From: Blastocystis sp. Blastoise
Lineage: Eukaryota; Protista; Bigyra: Opalinata
Assembly (NCBI GenBank): GCA_039096225.1
Contig: JBBPEB010000005.1
Span: 744,001 to 808,000, forward strand
Length of the DNA stretch: 64,000 bases
Direction: 5' to 3'
Position numbers and translations under genes: made by a program. The notes beneath the pieces are model-generated. The model searched no databases, was not told where the DNA came from, and saw nothing but the letters and a program-made list of their open reading frames with translations. Of the stretch, positions 61,929 to 64,000 are shown in pieces; within the stretch, counting starts at the first letter, position 1, and each line of letters starts with the position of its first letter.

Positions 61929-62475
61929 TTATAATTCATCATTCATATATATACAACGATCTATAATTTTATCCCATGTTCCATCATCACGACATTCTCT
62001 TAATATATGACCTGAATAACCAGGAGGACAATCAATTTGATCAACATCATGAGCATCGGTTTCTCTCCATTCATTCTCTTCAGGGCATCCTAAAATTAAT
62101 GAAGAATTTAGAAAATTTAAATATATATTTAAAATGAATTATATCTATATTTAATATAAAAAAAAAACATACTACATTTACTTTCGACATCACCCCATAT
62201 AGCAGCAAAACTACCATTAGGTTCTTCTTGAAATATACATATTCTTCTATAAAATCCTAATCCAACACAATTACTAAAGGCAGACTTTCCTAATTTAGTT
62301 TGTGGCCAATGTTTTCCTTCATATTCTTCTGCATCACAGTAAGCCTTTGATATTGTTGTAACATGTGCGTCAGCTATCATAAAGAATAACACAAATAGCA
62401 AACAAATCTATAGTATCATGATTGATTTTTTAGTTTTTAATATATGATCGTATATACATAGTAAATCTGTCTCAT
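61929..62475 (-). CDS. Small secreted protein with two Cys/Trp hormone-receptor (HRM)-like modules; ends in NDEL
   Basis: Three exons: MRQIYY|ICLLFVLFFMIADA (signal peptide); CDAEEYEGKHWPQTKLG..C..RRIC..WGDVESKC; CPEENEWRETD..CPPGYSGHILRECRDDGTWDKIIDRC..NDEL*. Confidence 0.65.
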
Positions 62476-63203
62476 ATTATTTGAATAAAGATCTCTAAAT
62501 TATGTGTAAACGTTATAAAAAGATGAAAAACCTTCTATAAATCCTTGTTTTCCTCTTTATGAGAAAAGCCTGAATAATCACAAAACTTCTGTTTTTAAAA
62601 GAGGATTTTTTATACTTTTAGATAAAGAAACATTTTTATTCATTTATTGTTTGTTTTGTTTCTCTTTCTGAATAACATTCAATTAAGCGATGGTATATGA
62701 TATACATTTACTATTTTAAATAATTATTGCTTCGTCATTCATTAGATTCAACTGGAAATCTTGATAATGCTCAATTAAGTTGTTTTATATATTTTAAGTT
62801 GTATTTTTTTTTATTTAGATAGTAATTAAAGAAACTATGTTATTATGAAAGGCCACTTTAACTGATGATCACTCTTAATGTGATCATGTTAGTTTTATTG
62901 AGTACTCTCAGTATTGTTTATTCATCATGTAACTTTGTACAATGATATTAAAATACTCAATCATTATAAACGAGAGTTAAATAGAGTATTCAACTACTTT
63001 TTTTTTCTACTTTTTTAATAATAGTTTTCAATGAATTCTATTTCATATACATGTACTACGTAAGTTTAAATTATATTCAAAGTTATAATAAAGAACAATC
63101 AGTACTTATATCATTTTTCTTCGTTGACTAATTGGAACAATGATTTTCCAGGTTTTTTTAAACGAACTAAACATTTTTAATTTTTTTCTTATATAATTTT
63201 AAA

Positions 63204-64000
63204 ATGTTCAGATTTGTTGCTATTGTCTCAATAGTTTACGCTTTATCTATACTCATTTGTGTACAATACGTATGTTATTAAGACAGTTTTATTAGTTCAT
63301 GTAGTCATTTCTTGATAAATCAAAATCAGCTATTCGTATTTTGTACAACAATGACGATCAAGACCCTTATTATGAAGTTTTGACTGATTCAGATAGTCTT
63401 CGGAATGAAATAGACAATGTTGATCCTAAGTATGTGTGACTAAACATGTTTTTTAATGATATTCTGATTAATTCTATGCTTTAATAGTTGTTTCTAATTT
63501 ATTCTTTAATTGTTTTTATAATTTATTTAATATATATAGTCTCATTTATGGACATTTACTTCATTTTTTGGATAAGAAAGAATACGACGATAGGTTAAAA
63601 CTAATAGAAAGAAATCATCGAGATTATCGTATTCCATATCCATCTACTCATTTAATTGATGACATACGTAAGAATGCGTTGAATAATGAAATTGTTATTA
63701 CTTTTATAACTCCAGAATATATTGAAATGTTTTTGATGTTTTATTATAAATCAATTATTCCTCATGATATCAAAAACTTTCTCGTTTTTGTCAGTGACCA
63801 AAATCTTTATCGTGTATATAATTTGTAATATGTTTTTATTGATAGATATATATCTTTTTATATTATTCATATATATATATATATTTTTTTAATTACTTTT
63901 TTGATAGAATTATTTTAATAATTATAATATATATATATATATATAGACTTTAAAATCAGAATCTATTCCTTGTACTTTAATAACTCAATATAAATCTTAT
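63204..64000 (+). CDS. Putative nucleotide-diphospho-sugar transferase (GT77-like), 3' partial
   Basis: Signal-anchor MFRFVAIVSIVYALSILICV and an exon with NNEIVITFITPEYIEMFLMFY..IKNFLVFVSD. Confidence 0.5.

Overview
Very AT-rich, intron-rich eukaryotic DNA with GT-AG introns usually bounded by (TA)n runs and many poly-Asn tracts. It looks like a microbial eukaryote, but the species cannot be fixed from sequence. Host genes: a FUT8-like protein (partial), a large RME-8/DNAJC13-like repeat protein, a 3-repeat Myb factor, alanine aminotransferase, tRNA-Ala(AGC), a nucleotidyltransferase-like/ankyrin gene spanning 21622-60372 (-), a small secreted two-HRM-like protein and a partial glycosyltransferase. 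The centre (22494-52051) is a Helitron nest lying entirely inside two consecutive introns of the ankyrin gene. It comprises a 2.7 kb non-autonomous element (-), a stranded 97-nt host exon, and a 26.7 kb autonomous-type Helitron. The Helitron's 15-exon RepHel gene (about 2085 aa reconstructed) has only phase-1 introns. The element carries two nested non-autonomous relatives plus an 8.8 kb chimeric copy of its own 5' half inserted into its own intron. All junctions are exact A|TC...CTAG|T. Every family member carries an antisense 65-68-nt tRNA-like cloverleaf with compensatory base changes. In the autonomous element it lies downstream of an apparently spliced antisense transcript, the best candidate here for an undescribed system.
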